From assembly GCA_964399915.1 (NCBI GenBank), contig CAYNRN010000003.1, positions 2,064 through 66,063 on the forward strand: a stretch of DNA of 64,000 bases, read 5' to 3'. Of the stretch, positions 7,909 to 18,330 are shown in pieces. The number at the start of each line of letters is the position of its first letter. The first letter of the stretch is position 1. Both the position numbers and the translations under genes were made by a program. Under the pieces are notes generated by a model. That model worked only from the letters and a program-made list of their open reading frames with translations, ran no database searches and had not been told where the DNA came from. The stretch comes from an uncultured Planctomycetales bacterium (GTDB lineage: Bacteria > Omnitrophota > Gorgyraeia > Gygaellales > Profunditerraquicolaceae).

Positions 7909-9010
7909 ATGCTGGATAATATTAAGTCGGAACTCTCGTCGATCCAGGCGCGGCTTGAGCAACTAAGAGGTTATCTTTGACGTCGATAAAACCCTAAAAG
8001 AAATTGAAGCGCTCACCGCTCAGATGTCTAATCCGCGTTTTTGGGATAATCAGGAATATTCCGCGCAAGTCGTTAAAAAGCTTAAATTTTTAAAGAGCAG
8101 GGTCGAGCCGTGGCAGGCAGCCTGGGATAAATCCCGGGAGCTTGCGGAATTATCAGGCATACTCAGCGAAGGCGAAACAGCTTTAACGCAGGAAGTGGCA
8201 GGCGGCTTAGGGGAACTTTCGCAACGCATTGAAAAACTGGAATTCAATGCCTTACTTTCCGGCGAATTTGATAAAAACAGCGCTATCTTAAGCATTAATT
8301 CCGGCGCCGGAGGCACTGAGTCCTGCGATTGGGCAGCGATGCTTTTGAGAATGTATTCCCGCTTCTGCGAAAAGCGTAATTGGAGCGTAAAAACTCTGGA
8401 TATCCTGGAGGGCGAAGAAGCGGGGATTAAGAATGTCACCCTGCTGATCGAAGGCCATTTTGCATACGGATATCTTAAGGCAGAGCGGGGAGTGCACCGC
8501 CTGGTGCGCATTTCTCCCTTTGATGCCAATAAGCGCCGCCATACCTCTTTTGCTTCAGTTGACGTAATACCCGAAATAGAGGAAGACGACGGTATCAAGA
8601 TCGAGGAGAAAGACCTGCGCATAGATGTCTACCGTTCAAAAGGGGCCGGCGGACAGAGCGTTAATACTACGGATTCGGCGGTAAGGATTACGCATATACC
8701 CAGCGGCCTGGTTGCCCAGTGCCAGAACGAGCGCTCGCAGCATCAGAATAAGCAGACCGCGCTTAAAATCCTTAAAGCGCGCCTTTATGAGCTGGAAAGA
8801 GAAAAAAAAGAGCAGGAACTGCTTAAACATTACGGTTCAGATAAGAAGAAGATAGAATGGGGCAGCCAGATCCGTTCTTATGTGATGCATCCGTATAATA
8901 TGGTCAAAGACCACCGTACGGCTCAGGAAACAGGGGATGTGGGAAAGGTGATGGACGGCGGACTCGATGAGTTTATAGAGGCGTATTTGAAATTGAAAGC
9001 TAACAGCTGA
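7909..9010 (+). CDS. prfB: Peptide chain release factor 2, with programmed +1 ribosomal frameshift at 7978
   Basis: ATG 7909 with RBS GAGGAGG. Frame 0 encodes [23 protein letters not shown] and then in-frame UGA at 7978-7980. The +1 frame continues [24 protein letters not shown]... (the ORF track's 8024-9010 ORF) and carries the RF2-family SPF motif region. Combined length is 366 aa, typical for RF2. Confidence 0.9.
7965..7981 (+). promoter_or_regulatory. prfB autoregulatory +1 frameshift site (SD-like AAGAGG, 4-nt spacer, CUU UGA C)
   Basis: The sequence aAGAGGttatCTTTGAC is near-identical to the E. coli prfB recoding site (AGGGGGUAUCUUUGAC). Confidence 0.85.
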
Positions 9011-9020
9011 TAGGAAAAAC

Positions 9021-11930
9021 ATGTTCGGATTTATAAAAAAACAACTTCTGCTGCAAAAACAGAATGCCATAAACAAGAAATATCCTTCGGTCAAGATGTC
9101 GTTGCACGCAGACCTGCCTAATCCGTCGGCAAATAAGATGGTTGAGCTTGCCGCTATCGTAGATAAAGTGAACGCTCTCGAACCTAAGATCAGTATGCTC
9201 TCCGACGCGCAGCTCAGGGGCAAGGCCGATGAATTCAGGCAGTTTGTACAGCGTAAGTCCCAGGAGTATAGCGGGCAGATAGAGGATTTAAGGGCCGCCC
9301 TGGAAGCAGCTGCGATCCAGGAGGAGAAGGACAGGATAAAAGATAAGTTGAAAGGCGCTACAAATAAAATTTTTGAGGATATCTTACCGGAGGCCTTTGC
9401 CGTAGTCAGAGAGGCGGCGAAGCGCTCGATTGGCATGAGGCATTTTGATGTACAGATTGCCGGCGGCATAGTCTTGCATGAGGGTAGAATCGCCGAAATG
9501 GCTACCGGTGAAGGCAAGACTTTAGTCGCTACCCTTCCGGCATACCTTAACGCGCTTTCCGGCAGGGGGGTGCATATAGTTACCGTTAACGATTACCTGG
9601 CGCGCAGGGATAGAGAATGGATGGGGCCGGCCTACGAGATGCTTGGCCTTACTGTCGGGGTAATCCAGCATGAGATGTCCGACGAAGAGAGGAGGATAGC
9701 TTATAACTGCGATATTACCTACGGCACTAATAACGAGTTTGGGTTTGATTACCTGCGCGACAATATGAAATACGATGTCCGGGACTTAGCGCAGCGGCCG
9801 TTTTCTTACGCTATCGTCGACGAAGTAGATTCGATTCTTATCGACGAGGCGCGTACGCCTTTAATCATCTCAGGCCCTGCCGAAGAATCCACAGATAAAT
9901 ATTATACCGTGGATAAAATCATTTCCCGGCTAAGCGTAAGAAAAATTCTCGAGAAAGAACAGATTGAGGCAAAATATAAAGGCGAAGACCTCTCAAAAGG
10001 ATTTGATGCCCTCGTTGATGAAAAGGCGCATACTGCCCATCTTACCGAAGAAGGGGAAACCAAGGCCTGCTCAATACTAGGCGTAGCCAGCCTCCATGAT
10101 ATTGAAACCATGGATTGGCGGCACCATATTATCCAGGCACTGCGCGCGCATCATCTCTATAAGAAAGATGTTGATTACGTAACCAAAGACGGGCAGGTTG
10201 TAATTGTGGACGAATTCACCGGAAGGATGATGCCGGGCAGGCGCTGGTCAGACGGTTTGCATCAGGCAGTAGAAGCAAAAGAAGGGTTAAAGATAGAGCG
10301 GGAAAATCAGACCCTGGCAACGGTTACCTTCCAGAATTACTTCAGGATGTACGAGAAGCTTGCCGGGATGACCGGAACCGCTTTCACCGAAGCAAACGAA
10401 TTCAAGGGGATTTATCAGCTTGACGTAGTAGCGATTCCCACCAACCAGCCGCTTGTGCGCACCAACTTCTCCGACTGCATCTATAAGACGGAAAAAGAAA
10501 AGTTTACTGCCGTAGTCGAAGAGATCGCTGAAATGCATAATGCCGGCAGGCCCGTGCTTGTCGGCACGATATCTATTGACAGGTCGGAACACCTCTCCGA
10601 GCTTTTGAAGAGGCGCGGTATACCTCACCAGGTGCTTAATGCCAAGTATCACGAGATGGAAGCGCAGATTGTCGCCCAGGCAGGGAGGTTTAAGGCCGTG
10701 ACTATCGCTACCAACATGGCAGGCAGGGGAACGGACATACTTTTAGGCGGTAATCCTGAATTTACGGCGCGCAGCGTAGCAAAGGCGGAGATCAAAGATG
10801 ATGATCCCGGATACGAAGAGAAATATAAAAAGATATTCGACGGGTTTAAGGCTCAGACGCAGGCCGAGCACGATAAAGTCGTTTCTCTGGGCGGGTTGCA
10901 TGTCTTAGGTACTGAGAGGCATGAGGCGCGCAGGATAGATAATCAGCTGCGCGGCCGCTGCGGCAGGCAGGGCGACCCGGGATCCTCAAGGTTTTACGTG
11001 GCGCTGGAAGATGACCTGATGCGTTTGTTCGGTTCGGATAAACTTGTGGGGGTGATGGATCGGCTGGGGTTGGAAGAGGGGCAGGTAATCGAACACCCCT
11101 GGGTTTCTAAATCCATAGAGATCGCCCAGAGGCGCGTAGAGCAGCATAATTTTGAGATCAGGAAACAACTCTTAGAATATGACAACGTGATGAATAAGCA
11201 GCGCGAAGTGATTTATGCTCGGCGCCGCCAGATACTTGCGGGAGAGTCATTAAAAGAGGATATTTTAGCCGCGGCGAGGAATTTGGCAGAAAGTTTAGTC
11301 AGCGAATATGCGCAGGATAACCTCCCGGCAGAAGAATGGAACTTTGCCGGTTTAGTTCAACAGGTCAAGCTGATCTTCGGAGTGGATTTAGGGGGCAGCT
11401 TATCCGGGATGAAGAATAAAGAAGAATTATGGCAGCTTATCGGCGCAAAGGCCGAAGAGTTCTACCGGCATAAAGAAGAGCAGCTCGGCAGCGACTTAAT
11501 GCGGCATATGGAGCGCATGGTTTTCCTGCAGGAGATAGATAGTAAATGGAAGGATCATCTTTACGCGATGGATAATCTGCGTGAGGGTATTGGTTTGCGC
11601 GCCTACGGCCAACGCGACCCGCTGGTCGAATACAAACGCGAAGCATATCAGATGTTCAGCCAGATGATCTCCGGCATTGAAGCAGAAGCAGTAGAGATGG
11701 TATTTAAACTGCAGCCCGCCCGCCCTGAAAGATTCAAAGGCGTATTCAGTTCTGTTTCTCAGCAGCTTCTGCATCCGCAAGCCAACACACCCGATATCTT
11801 AAGGCAGGAAGAGCCTTCGCAGGTGCCCGAAGTAAAACAAACCCCCCAGACCAGCGGTCCCAAGGTTGGACGTAATGACCCCTGTCCGTGCGGTTCCGGT
11901 AAAAAATATAAGAGATGTTGCGGAAGATAA
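9021..11930 (+). CDS. secA: Preprotein translocase ATPase SecA
   Basis: DEAD-like motor domains and the C-terminal zinc-binding motif [15 protein letters not shown] 40-aa N-terminal extension relative to canonical SecA suggests the real start may be the internal M of MVELAAIV... Confidence 0.93.
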   Translation: MFGFIKKQLLLQKQNAINKKYPSVKMSLHADLPNPSANKMVELAAIVDKVNALEPKISMLSDAQLRGKADEFRQFVQRKSQEYSGQIEDLRAALEAAAIQEEKDRIKDKLKGATNKIFEDILPEAFAVVREAAKRSIGMRHFDVQIAGGIVLHEGRIAEMATGEGKTLVATLPAYLNALSGRGVHIVTVNDYLARRDREWMGPAYEMLGLTVGVIQHEMSDEERRIAYNCDITYGTNNEFGFDYLRDNMKYDVRDLAQRPFSYAIVDEVDSILIDEARTPLIISGPAEESTDKYYTVDKIISRLSVRKILEKEQIEAKYKGEDLSKGFDALVDEKAHTAHLTEEGETKACSILGVASLHDIETMDWRHHIIQALRAHHLYKKDVDYVTKDGQVVIVDEFTGRMMPGRRWSDGLHQAVEAKEGLKIERENQTLATVTFQNYFRMYEKLAGMTGTAFTEANEFKGIYQLDVVAIPTNQPLVRTNFSDCIYKTEKEKFTAVVEEIAEMHNAGRPVLVGTISIDRSEHLSELLKRRGIPHQVLNAKYHEMEAQIVAQAGRFKAVTIATNMAGRGTDILLGGNPEFTARSVAKAEIKDDDPGYEEKYKKIFDGFKAQTQAEHDKVVSLGGLHVLGTERHEARRIDNQLRGRCGRQGDPGSSRFYVALEDDLMRLFGSDKLVGVMDRLGLEEGQVIEHPWVSKSIEIAQRRVEQHNFEIRKQLLEYDNVMNKQREVIYARRRQILAGESLKEDILAAARNLAESLVSEYAQDNLPAEEWNFAGLVQQVKLIFGVDLGGSLSGMKNKEELWQLIGAKAEEFYRHKEEQLGSDLMRHMERMVFLQEIDSKWKDHLYAMDNLREGIGLRAYGQRDPLVEYKREAYQMFSQMISGIEAEAVEMVFKLQPARPERFKGVFSSVSQQLLHPQANTPDILRQEEPSQVPEVKQTPQTSGPKVGRNDPCPCGSGKKYKRCCGR

Positions 11931-13429
11931 GAGAGCTGACAGCTCATAATTCAAAACTGACCGGACGGGATTTTATCTATGCTATCCTCTCCGGGATACT
12001 TTTAACCCTTGCTTTCCCCCAAGCGGACTTCTGGCCTTTGGCCTGGGTGGCGTTTGTTCCGCTCTTTTTCGCTGCTCATAATAAAAGCGCAGGCAAAGCA
12101 TTTTTGTTGGGATATATTACAGGGATCGTCTTCTGGGCAGGGACAATTTACTGGTTAATCAACGTTACCCTGCCGGGATTAGTAATATTAGTAATCTACT
12201 TAGCGTTTTTTTTAGCCATATTCGCGGCGATCTTTTCCATATTGGCGCGCCGGCAGCTTCCCTACATCTTCATGTTTGTTTCCTCGGCATGGGTCCTCTT
12301 GGAATATATCCGCAGCCACTTATTCACCGGCTTTCCCTGGGCGCTGTTGGCCTACTCTCAATATACCAACCTCGAGCTGATCCAGGCCGCTGATATCAAC
12401 GGAGTCTGGGGAATTTCTTTTATCGTGATGACCGGCAATATCGTAGCCTATAATTTAGTGCGCCGTAAGTTTAACAAAAGGCTGCTTGTGCCGCTGGCAT
12501 TTTTGCTGATTGTTTTGTCTTACGGGCATTACAAGATTAATCACTGGCAAAAAATGTTAAACGGCCCGTCGGTCAGAATCGCCGTAATCCAACCCAACAT
12601 AGCGCAGGCGCTCAAGTGGCAACCCGGTTTGGAAGGCTTTATTATGGACAGGCAGATTTCTTTGACTATGGTTTCCCTGAAGCATAACCCTGACCTGGTA
12701 ATCTGGCCTGAAGCGGCACTGCCTTCTGTATATGGCGAGGATGAGCGTTATTATGCTGAGGCAATTGATTTATCCGCAAAAATAAAAAAGCCCCTGCTTT
12801 TAGGTGCGGTAAATAAAAGAGGAGACGATTATTATAACAGCGCTGACCTTATTGACGCGCAGGGCAGGTTTATCCTGCGATATGACAAGCTTCATCTGGT
12901 CCCGTTCGGAGAGTATATTCCTTTAAGAGGGCTATTCCCCTTTCTGGAAGGCATAGTCCCGATTGCCGATTTTACCGCCGGTAGCGAGTATACCGTATTT
13001 TCGCTGAGGGAAGGACGATTCGCGGTTTTGATTTGCTTTGAAGACTTATTTCCCGAGCTGGCGCGCCAATTCAGCCGCAGGGGCGCTCAGTTTCTGGTGA
13101 ACATTACCAATGATGCCTGGTTCGGCAGAAGCAGCGCTGCCCGGCAGCATTTGGCAGCTTCGGTTTTCCGGGCAGTAGAAAACCGCACTTTTGTCGTGCG
13201 TGCGGCGAATACCGGAATCTCCGGTTTTATTTCTCCCTACGGAAAGATCTCTTCTTTGGTAAGCGATAGTTCCGGGAAAGATATTTTTATATCCGGTTAT
13301 GGCCTAAATGAAGTATTTTTGCCGCAGAAAAGCCCTACGGGATACCAGCGCCGCGGAGACATCGCAATTATTATTTGCATACTTCTATTAGTTTATGCTA
13401 TATTCTTGCTTCGCAGGGCTAGCCGATGA
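11915..13429 (+). CDS. lnt: Apolipoprotein N-acyltransferase
   Basis: N-terminal multi-TM region plus a CN-hydrolase domain ([15 protein letters not shown]). 504 aa. Confidence 0.85.
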   Translation: MLRKIRELTAHNSKLTGRDFIYAILSGILLTLAFPQADFWPLAWVAFVPLFFAAHNKSAGKAFLLGYITGIVFWAGTIYWLINVTLPGLVILVIYLAFFLAIFAAIFSILARRQLPYIFMFVSSAWVLLEYIRSHLFTGFPWALLAYSQYTNLELIQAADINGVWGISFIVMTGNIVAYNLVRRKFNKRLLVPLAFLLIVLSYGHYKINHWQKMLNGPSVRIAVIQPNIAQALKWQPGLEGFIMDRQISLTMVSLKHNPDLVIWPEAALPSVYGEDERYYAEAIDLSAKIKKPLLLGAVNKRGDDYYNSADLIDAQGRFILRYDKLHLVPFGEYIPLRGLFPFLEGIVPIADFTAGSEYTVFSLREGRFAVLICFEDLFPELARQFSRRGAQFLVNITNDAWFGRSSAARQHLAASVFRAVENRTFVVRAANTGISGFISPYGKISSLVSDSSGKDIFISGYGLNEVFLPQKSPTGYQRRGDIAIIICILLLVYAIFLLRRASR

Positions 13430-13914
13430 AAAAAATATTCCCGCTTATCTTTGTAAGTTTCCTGATATTCGCCTCTCTAAGCCTTTATTTCCTGGATAAG
13501 CAGTATTTTATTTCTCCCATAGCTTATAAGTGGGATATGCTTATCCGTACGGATATCCGCGGAGACGGCGTATTCGGCGCCCCGCGTAACGGCAGCCGCC
13601 TACATCAGGGAGTTGACCTTTTAGCCAGGCTCGGCACGCCGGTCTTAGCTGCCCGTTCAGGAATAGTAGTTGCTGCCCGCTCCAGCCGCGGCATGGGTAA
13701 CTACGTAATTATCGCCCACCGCGGGGATATCAAAACTATCTACGGGCATCTTTTAAAGATTTCTGTAAGAGAAGGTAGTTTTGTACGGCAGGGGCAGCTA
13801 ATCGGTTTGGTAGGTAAGACCGGTAACGCCAATCACCGCGCGATAAAGCCGCATTTACATTTTGAAGTGCGCAAGTCGAATGTTCCCCAGGATCCGCTCC
13901 GGTATCTGGATTAG
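13426..13914 (+). CDS. M23 family metallopeptidase (LytM-like)
   Basis: Signal/TM segment. M23 motifs HQGVDLLA...GTPVLAARSG and PHLHFEV. Confidence 0.8.
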   Translation: MKKIFPLIFVSFLIFASLSLYFLDKQYFISPIAYKWDMLIRTDIRGDGVFGAPRNGSRLHQGVDLLARLGTPVLAARSGIVVAARSSRGMGNYVIIAHRGDIKTIYGHLLKISVREGSFVRQGQLIGLVGKTGNANHRAIKPHLHFEVRKSNVPQDPLRYLD

Positions 13915-14804
13915 CCGATTTTTTCCTTAGGCTCGATATGCACGATTACGTCGTTAGCCTGCGGGATCCCTTTCTTAATCGCCTCTTCGATTTCATAACT
14001 TATCTTATGCGCTTTATCGACATGCATATCCGGATTGACCTGGACATGCAGGTCGATATGAATATCGTCCGGCCGGCCGCGCGTCCTGATTTTATGGCAG
14101 GCCTTTACCCCCCTGACTGCCAATACGATTCTGACAATCTCGTTTGGGTCGGTGATTATTGTGCTATCGCAGAGTACGCGCGAAGCTTCTTTAGTGATGC
14201 GGATTCCGCTGTAGGCGATAAAGCAGGAAATCAAGATAGTGATGATCGGGTCAATTAGGGGATACCCTATTTTTATCACTACTAGCGCTGCGATAACCGA
14301 GAGGCTGGTGAGAATATCGGCGCGGGTGTGCAGAGAATCAGAAACCAGTATATCGCTTTGCAGGGCTTTGCCTTTTGCGTATTCATATCTGGCAACCGCG
14401 ATATTCACCGCCAGGGTAGAAAACATAACCGCAAAACTAAAAATATCGACGCGGGGTAAACTTGCGCCATGCAGGCGGTTGATGCCTTCTTTTGCCAGGT
14501 TAAACGCTACAATAAAAAGAAGAAACGCTATCCCTAAGGAATAGAGAGTTTCATATTTGCGGTGGCCGTAAGGGTGGTCTGAATCTGTGGGTTGAGCGGC
14601 AAGCCGGATGCCTACTAATCCGATGATATTGGAGGCGCCATCGGAAAGAGAGTGGAAACCGTCGGCAGTGATGCTTGAGCAGTTGCTGAATAATCCATAG
14701 ATGATCTTAGCAAATGCAATTGCCCAGTTAAGCGCCAGTATTGCTATGAGGATTCTTTTTATCCTGAGGTAATGGTTTTTTAAGCCGAGCGGTTCCAGTT
14801 CCAT
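13911..14804 (-). CDS. Cation diffusion facilitator family transporter (CzcD/FieF-like)
   Basis: CDF signature region ADGFHSLSDGASNIIGL. Six TM helices plus a C-terminal cytoplasmic domain. Confidence 0.8.
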   Translation of the reverse strand: MELEPLGLKNHYLRIKRILIAILALNWAIAFAKIIYGLFSNCSSITADGFHSLSDGASNIIGLVGIRLAAQPTDSDHPYGHRKYETLYSLGIAFLLFIVAFNLAKEGINRLHGASLPRVDIFSFAVMFSTLAVNIAVARYEYAKGKALQSDILVSDSLHTRADILTSLSVIAALVVIKIGYPLIDPIITILISCFIAYSGIRITKEASRVLCDSTIITDPNEIVRIVLAVRGVKACHKIRTRGRPDDIHIDLHVQVNPDMHVDKAHKISYEIEEAIKKGIPQANDVIVHIEPKEKIG

Positions 14805-14889
14805 AAGGTTATTATATAACTAAATATAATTAGGTCAAGGCTAAGGATGCTTGATTCGGCAATCCTAGTGTGATAGAATACGCTTAATT

Positions 14890-16299
14890 ATGAGAAATAA
14901 AATTATTTTTTCATTTTATTTTTTATGCCTAAGCTTTGTATTGTGCGTTAGTGCTTACGCTTCTGACGGCAGCGTTATCAGACAGCTTGAGCCTTTTAAT
15001 CGGCATGACCGGATTCTCATCCTGGCGCCCCATCCCGACGACGAAACTATCGGCTGCGCGGGGATTATCCAGAAGGCCCGCGCTGCCAAAGCCAGGATAA
15101 AGGTAGTCTATCTGACTAACGGCGACCATAATGAATTCGCTTTTATCGTCTACGAAAAAAGGATGACCTTTAGAAAAGGCGAATTTCTTTATATGGGCGA
15201 GGTGCGTAAACAGGAATCCCGCAGGGCAATGGATTTCTTAGGCCTTAAGGATAAAGGCCTTGTTTTTCTAGGCTACCCGGACTTCGGGACGTTTACGATG
15301 TTCCGCCGTTATTGGCAGCAGAAGAGGCCGTTTCGCACTCTCTTGACCCGCGTCCAGAAGGTCCCCTATAAAGACAGCCCGTCGTTTGATGCCTCTTATT
15401 CTTCGGAGAATATCCTTGAGGATTTAAAAAGGCAGGTCTTAAGTTTTAGGCCGAATAAGATTTTTGTTTCGCATCCGGCAGATGTCAATTCCGACCATAA
15501 GTCGTTTTATCTCTTCCTTGAAGTTGCTCTGGCTGACCTGCGGTTTTTTATGCGCCGGCCAAAAGTCTATCCGTATCTTATTCATCATTCAGGCTGGCCA
15601 TTGCCGCGCCATTATCACCCTGATTTAATCCTGACTCCGCCGGAAAGATTTCAAAACTCTTCCATATCCTGGGTTCAGGCCGGGCTTAACAGGGAAGAGA
15701 CAGAGAATAAAGCCAATGCTACGCTTTGTTACAGGAGCCAGACTGCTTCCAGCGCGTTTTACCTCTTAGCTTTTGCCAGAGAGAACGAGTTATTCGGTGA
15801 TTATCCGGAATTGGACTTGAGGCCGAAGATTTCTGAATCGTTGCCTGAGATTTCAGCGACGTCGGTAATTAACCTTTTCCGCGGCATAAACGATTATTAT
15901 GCCGGGAGGTCTCAGCGCTATAAAGCGCAGGCAGAAGATAAGGCGCAGGGAGTATATTCCCTGAAGGACGGGGCTCTTTTAATCAGCATAAAAAAAGCAG
16001 GCGGGTTAGGCATCAATTCCAGCGTCAGAATTTATCTCTTCGGTTATAATTACGGCACGCCCTTTGCCTATATGCCGAAGGTCTGCATTATTGCCCAAGG
16101 CAGTAATTTTAAGGCATTCGATAAGAATAAGGTAATCCGCCCGCCGGGAATAATCTTGACCAGGACGCGCGATGAAATGCTTTTGAAGATTCCCCTGGAA
16201 GTGCTGGGTGAGCCGGATTTTGTAATTGCCCAGATCCAGGGGCATGCCGCGGTTTTGCCGGCGGATGTTACGGGTTTCAGGAAAATCCTGATCAGGTAA
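14890..16299 (+). CDS. Secreted PIG-L/LmbE family N-acetylglucosaminyl deacetylase with a ~200-aa C-terminal domain of unknown function
   Basis: Signal peptide. LmbE motifs LILAPHPDDETIGCAG and VSHPADVNSDHKSF. The C-terminal half has no recognisable similarity. Confidence 0.7.
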   Translation: MRNKIIFSFYFLCLSFVLCVSAYASDGSVIRQLEPFNRHDRILILAPHPDDETIGCAGIIQKARAAKARIKVVYLTNGDHNEFAFIVYEKRMTFRKGEFLYMGEVRKQESRRAMDFLGLKDKGLVFLGYPDFGTFTMFRRYWQQKRPFRTLLTRVQKVPYKDSPSFDASYSSENILEDLKRQVLSFRPNKIFVSHPADVNSDHKSFYLFLEVALADLRFFMRRPKVYPYLIHHSGWPLPRHYHPDLILTPPERFQNSSISWVQAGLNREETENKANATLCYRSQTASSAFYLLAFARENELFGDYPELDLRPKISESLPEISATSVINLFRGINDYYAGRSQRYKAQAEDKAQGVYSLKDGALLISIKKAGGLGINSSVRIYLFGYNYGTPFAYMPKVCIIAQGSNFKAFDKNKVIRPPGIILTRTRDEMLLKIPLEVLGEPDFVIAQIQGHAAVLPADVTGFRKILIR

Positions 16300-16307
16300 A
16301 TGAAGGC

Positions 16308-16407
16308 GAGACTTACGGAGCGAAGCGAACGTAAGTCTCTGCCTGAATTTATCCCGCACCCAGATAAGGAATGAGCCTGAATCATTGTTGTATTCTGGGT
16401 GCGGGAT
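16308..16407. repeat. Two consecutive perfect stem-loops (10-bp stem/12-nt loop at 16308-16339; 14-bp stem/29-nt loop at 16351-16407)
   Basis: GAGACTTACG/CGTAAGTCTC and ATCCCGCACCCAGA/TCTGGGTGCGGGAT. Neither is followed by a U-tract. Confidence 0.75.
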
Positions 16408-16451
16408 TCAATTCGCAGGCGCTTGAATAGACAACTGAAACGATGAACGCT

Positions 16452-16484
16452 ATAATACTTGACATTGAAAATGTCAAGTATTAT
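16452..16484. promoter_or_regulatory. Perfect 33-bp palindrome (15-bp arms, 3-nt spacer) overlapping TTGACA and TATTAT promoter-like hexamers; candidate operator
   Basis: ATAATACTTGACATT-GAA-AATGTCAAGTATTAT, 24 bp upstream of the 16508 start. Confidence 0.7.
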
Positions 16485-16507
16485 CTGCTCATTGAAGGAG
16501 GCAAAAG

Positions 16508-16990
16508 ATGGAATTTAAATCTGTGAAGATAAATAAACCGGATGATGTCAATTTGATCCTGGGGCAGAGCCATTTTATCAAGACCGTCGAAGATATATAC
16601 GAGGCAATGGTGAACAATGTCCCGGGTATAAAATTCGGCCTGGCGTTTGCGGAGTCCTCCGGCGCCTGCAAGGTAAGGTCTGAGGGTAATGATGCCGAGC
16701 TTAAAAGATTGGCGCAGGATAATGCCCTGGAGATAGGGGCAGGACATAGCTTTATCATCTTTATGAGGAATGGGTTTCCGATTAATGTTTTAAACGCGAT
16801 AAAGGCGGTTCCCGAAGTCTGTACGGTTTATTGCGCTACCGCCAATTCGGTGGAGGTAATCATCGCCGAAAGCGGTTCCGGCAGAGGGATAATGGGAGTG
16901 ATTGATGGAGCAAGGCCGTCCGGCAGGGAAGAGCAGCAGGATATTGCCTGGCGTAAGGATTTCCTGCGTAAGACCGGTTATAAGTTGTAA
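16508..16990 (+). CDS. Conserved hypothetical protein (possibly the PF04008 'adenosine-specific kinase'-like family)
   Basis: 160-aa soluble protein with good RBS GAAGGAGG. The family assignment is from memory and weak. Confidence 0.3.
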   Translation: MEFKSVKINKPDDVNLILGQSHFIKTVEDIYEAMVNNVPGIKFGLAFAESSGACKVRSEGNDAELKRLAQDNALEIGAGHSFIIFMRNGFPINVLNAIKAVPEVCTVYCATANSVEVIIAESGSGRGIMGVIDGARPSGREEQQDIAWRKDFLRKTGYKL

Positions 16991-16997
16991 TTTTTTC

Positions 16998-17025
16998 TTG
17001 AAAAAGCAGGCTGATTTGTTATAAT
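16998..17025 (+). promoter_or_regulatory. Sigma70-like promoter TTGAAA-16-TATAAT for the lpxL-family gene
   Basis: Hexamers at 16998-17003 and 17020-17025. Confidence 0.5.
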
Positions 17026-17039
17026 TCTCCGAGGGGATA

Positions 17040-17951
17040 ATGGATTTTAAAGCCATACGTAAAAAGACCGGGCGTTTTTTCGCCTGGGCGAGTTTGAATA
17101 TCAGTTCTTTGATTATTAGGGTATTGCCGGAACGTTGGCTGTATGGGTTTGCCAATCTGATTGCCGCAATCGGTTACCGCATTGCCGCTAAACAGCGCAG
17201 GATTGCGATGGAGAGCCTGGAAATAGCTTTTACCGGGGAGAAATCGGCTGAAGAAAAGAAGCGGATTGCCAGGGACTGCGTTACTTTTATGGCAAAGGGA
17301 GCGGTAGAATTGATGTTCTTGTTGGACCGGCCAGCCGCCCTGAGAGAGAGCGTGCATATTGAGGGCAGGGAGATTCTTGATACTGCATTAGCCCGCGGCA
17401 AGGGCGTGATCCTGGTAAGCGCCCACTTTGGAAATTTTCCTTTGATGATGGCGCGTATCGGCCTAGAAGGGTACAAGATATCCGGAATAATGCGGGCGAT
17501 GCGCGATGAAAGGGTTGAAAGATTCTTCTTTGGAAAACGCAGCCGTTTCAATATCAAGACGATTTACACCCAGCCGCGTAAGGCATGCGTGGAAGAATCC
17601 ATACGCGTATTAAGGGATAACGGCGCGCTCTTTATCCCGATAGACCAGAATTTCGGCACCGGGGGGGTATTTGTAGATTTTTTCGGCCATCAGGCGGCAA
17701 CTGCTACCGGGCCGGTAGTTTTAGCCAGGCGCACCCAGGCGGCGCTGATCCCCTGCTTTATCATCAGGCAGCCTGATGATACGCACCGGATCGTCTTTGA
17801 GCCGCCGATTGATATAAAAGAGGGCGCCAGCGACGAAGAGACAATAATTATTAATATCCAGAGGCTTACCGATATTATCGAGTCATATATCAGGCGTTAT
17901 CCGGCGCAGTGGGGGTGGATTCACCGCCGATGGAAGACAAAACCAAGTTAA
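17040..17951 (+). CDS. Lipid A biosynthesis lauroyl/myristoyl acyltransferase family (LpxL/LpxM/HtrB)
   Basis: N-terminal TM anchor. Catalytic-site context VSAHFGNFP (HxxxxD/HFGN-type acyltransferase motif). 303 aa. Confidence 0.7.
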   Translation: MDFKAIRKKTGRFFAWASLNISSLIIRVLPERWLYGFANLIAAIGYRIAAKQRRIAMESLEIAFTGEKSAEEKKRIARDCVTFMAKGAVELMFLLDRPAALRESVHIEGREILDTALARGKGVILVSAHFGNFPLMMARIGLEGYKISGIMRAMRDERVERFFFGKRSRFNIKTIYTQPRKACVEESIRVLRDNGALFIPIDQNFGTGGVFVDFFGHQAATATGPVVLARRTQAALIPCFIIRQPDDTHRIVFEPPIDIKEGASDEETIIINIQRLTDIIESYIRRYPAQWGWIHRRWKTKPS

Positions 17952-17963
17952 GGAGGTGTAGCA

Positions 17964-18176
17964 ATGGCAGAAGAGATTAAACAGGAAGAGAAGAAGTGTT
18001 CGGCTGCGAAAGCTTCTTCAGCAGTGATCAAGGTGGTCCTGGGGCTGGTATTTTTGGCTTTAGGCGCTCTGGCGATCATTAGCTGGTGGGGCGACCTTAT
18101 TATGGTAATAAAGGGATGCCTTGGGCCGTTCTTGCTTTTAGCCGGCGTGATTACTCTGGCAATAGCTAAAGAATAG
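17964..18176 (+). CDS. Small membrane protein (70 aa, 2 TM helices), unknown function
   Basis: Strong RBS AAGGAGG 7 nt upstream. Hydrophobic segments VIKVVLGLVFLALGALAII and LGPFLLLAGVITLAIA. Confidence 0.5.
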   Translation: MAEEIKQEEKKCSAAKASSAVIKVVLGLVFLALGALAIISWWGDLIMVIKGCLGPFLLLAGVITLAIAKE

Positions 18177-18198
18177 GCGGTTTCCAATACAGTTAGGA

Positions 18199-18240
18199 AT
18201 ACGGGGCTAGTCAGGTTGCACCGACTGCCCCCGTATTTTC
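18199..18240 (+). terminator. Putative intrinsic terminator (8-bp GC-rich stem ATACGGGG/CCCCGTAT followed by TTTTCTAAT)
   Basis: Hairpin plus a short U-tract directly downstream of the small membrane protein gene. Confidence 0.4.
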
Positions 18241-18330
18241 TAATAGCCGGGTGGTGAGTTTTCGGGTATAATACTACAATATATTTCATTGCTAAAGGGT
18301 AATTAGGTAAGTTATAAGAAAGGGGAGGAT

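Noticed and set aside
9021-9140. 40-aa N-terminal extension on SecA
   Set aside because: It is probably an ORF-caller artefact of choosing the longest ORF. Canonical SecA begins near the [16 protein letters not shown]... segment. This cannot be resolved without an alignment, so the ORF-track coordinates were kept with a note.
8837-9517. 226-aa minus-strand ORF, plus similar antisense ORFs at 8050-8622, 19816-20400, 41551-42159, 44475-44984, 54044-54790 and 56015-56464
   Set aside because: Each lies entirely antisense to a strongly supported gene (prfB/secA, the ArsB-like transporter, the trehalose-locus protein/treT, cysK/DUF39, rluA/uppP, yqeY). Their translations are low-complexity and have no recognisable motifs. 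They are typical shadow ORFs.
18177-18330. BirA operator (bioO) upstream of bioY
   Set aside because: No TTGTAAACC/GGTTTACAA-type palindrome is visible. Only a terminator-like hairpin and a TATAAT element are present.
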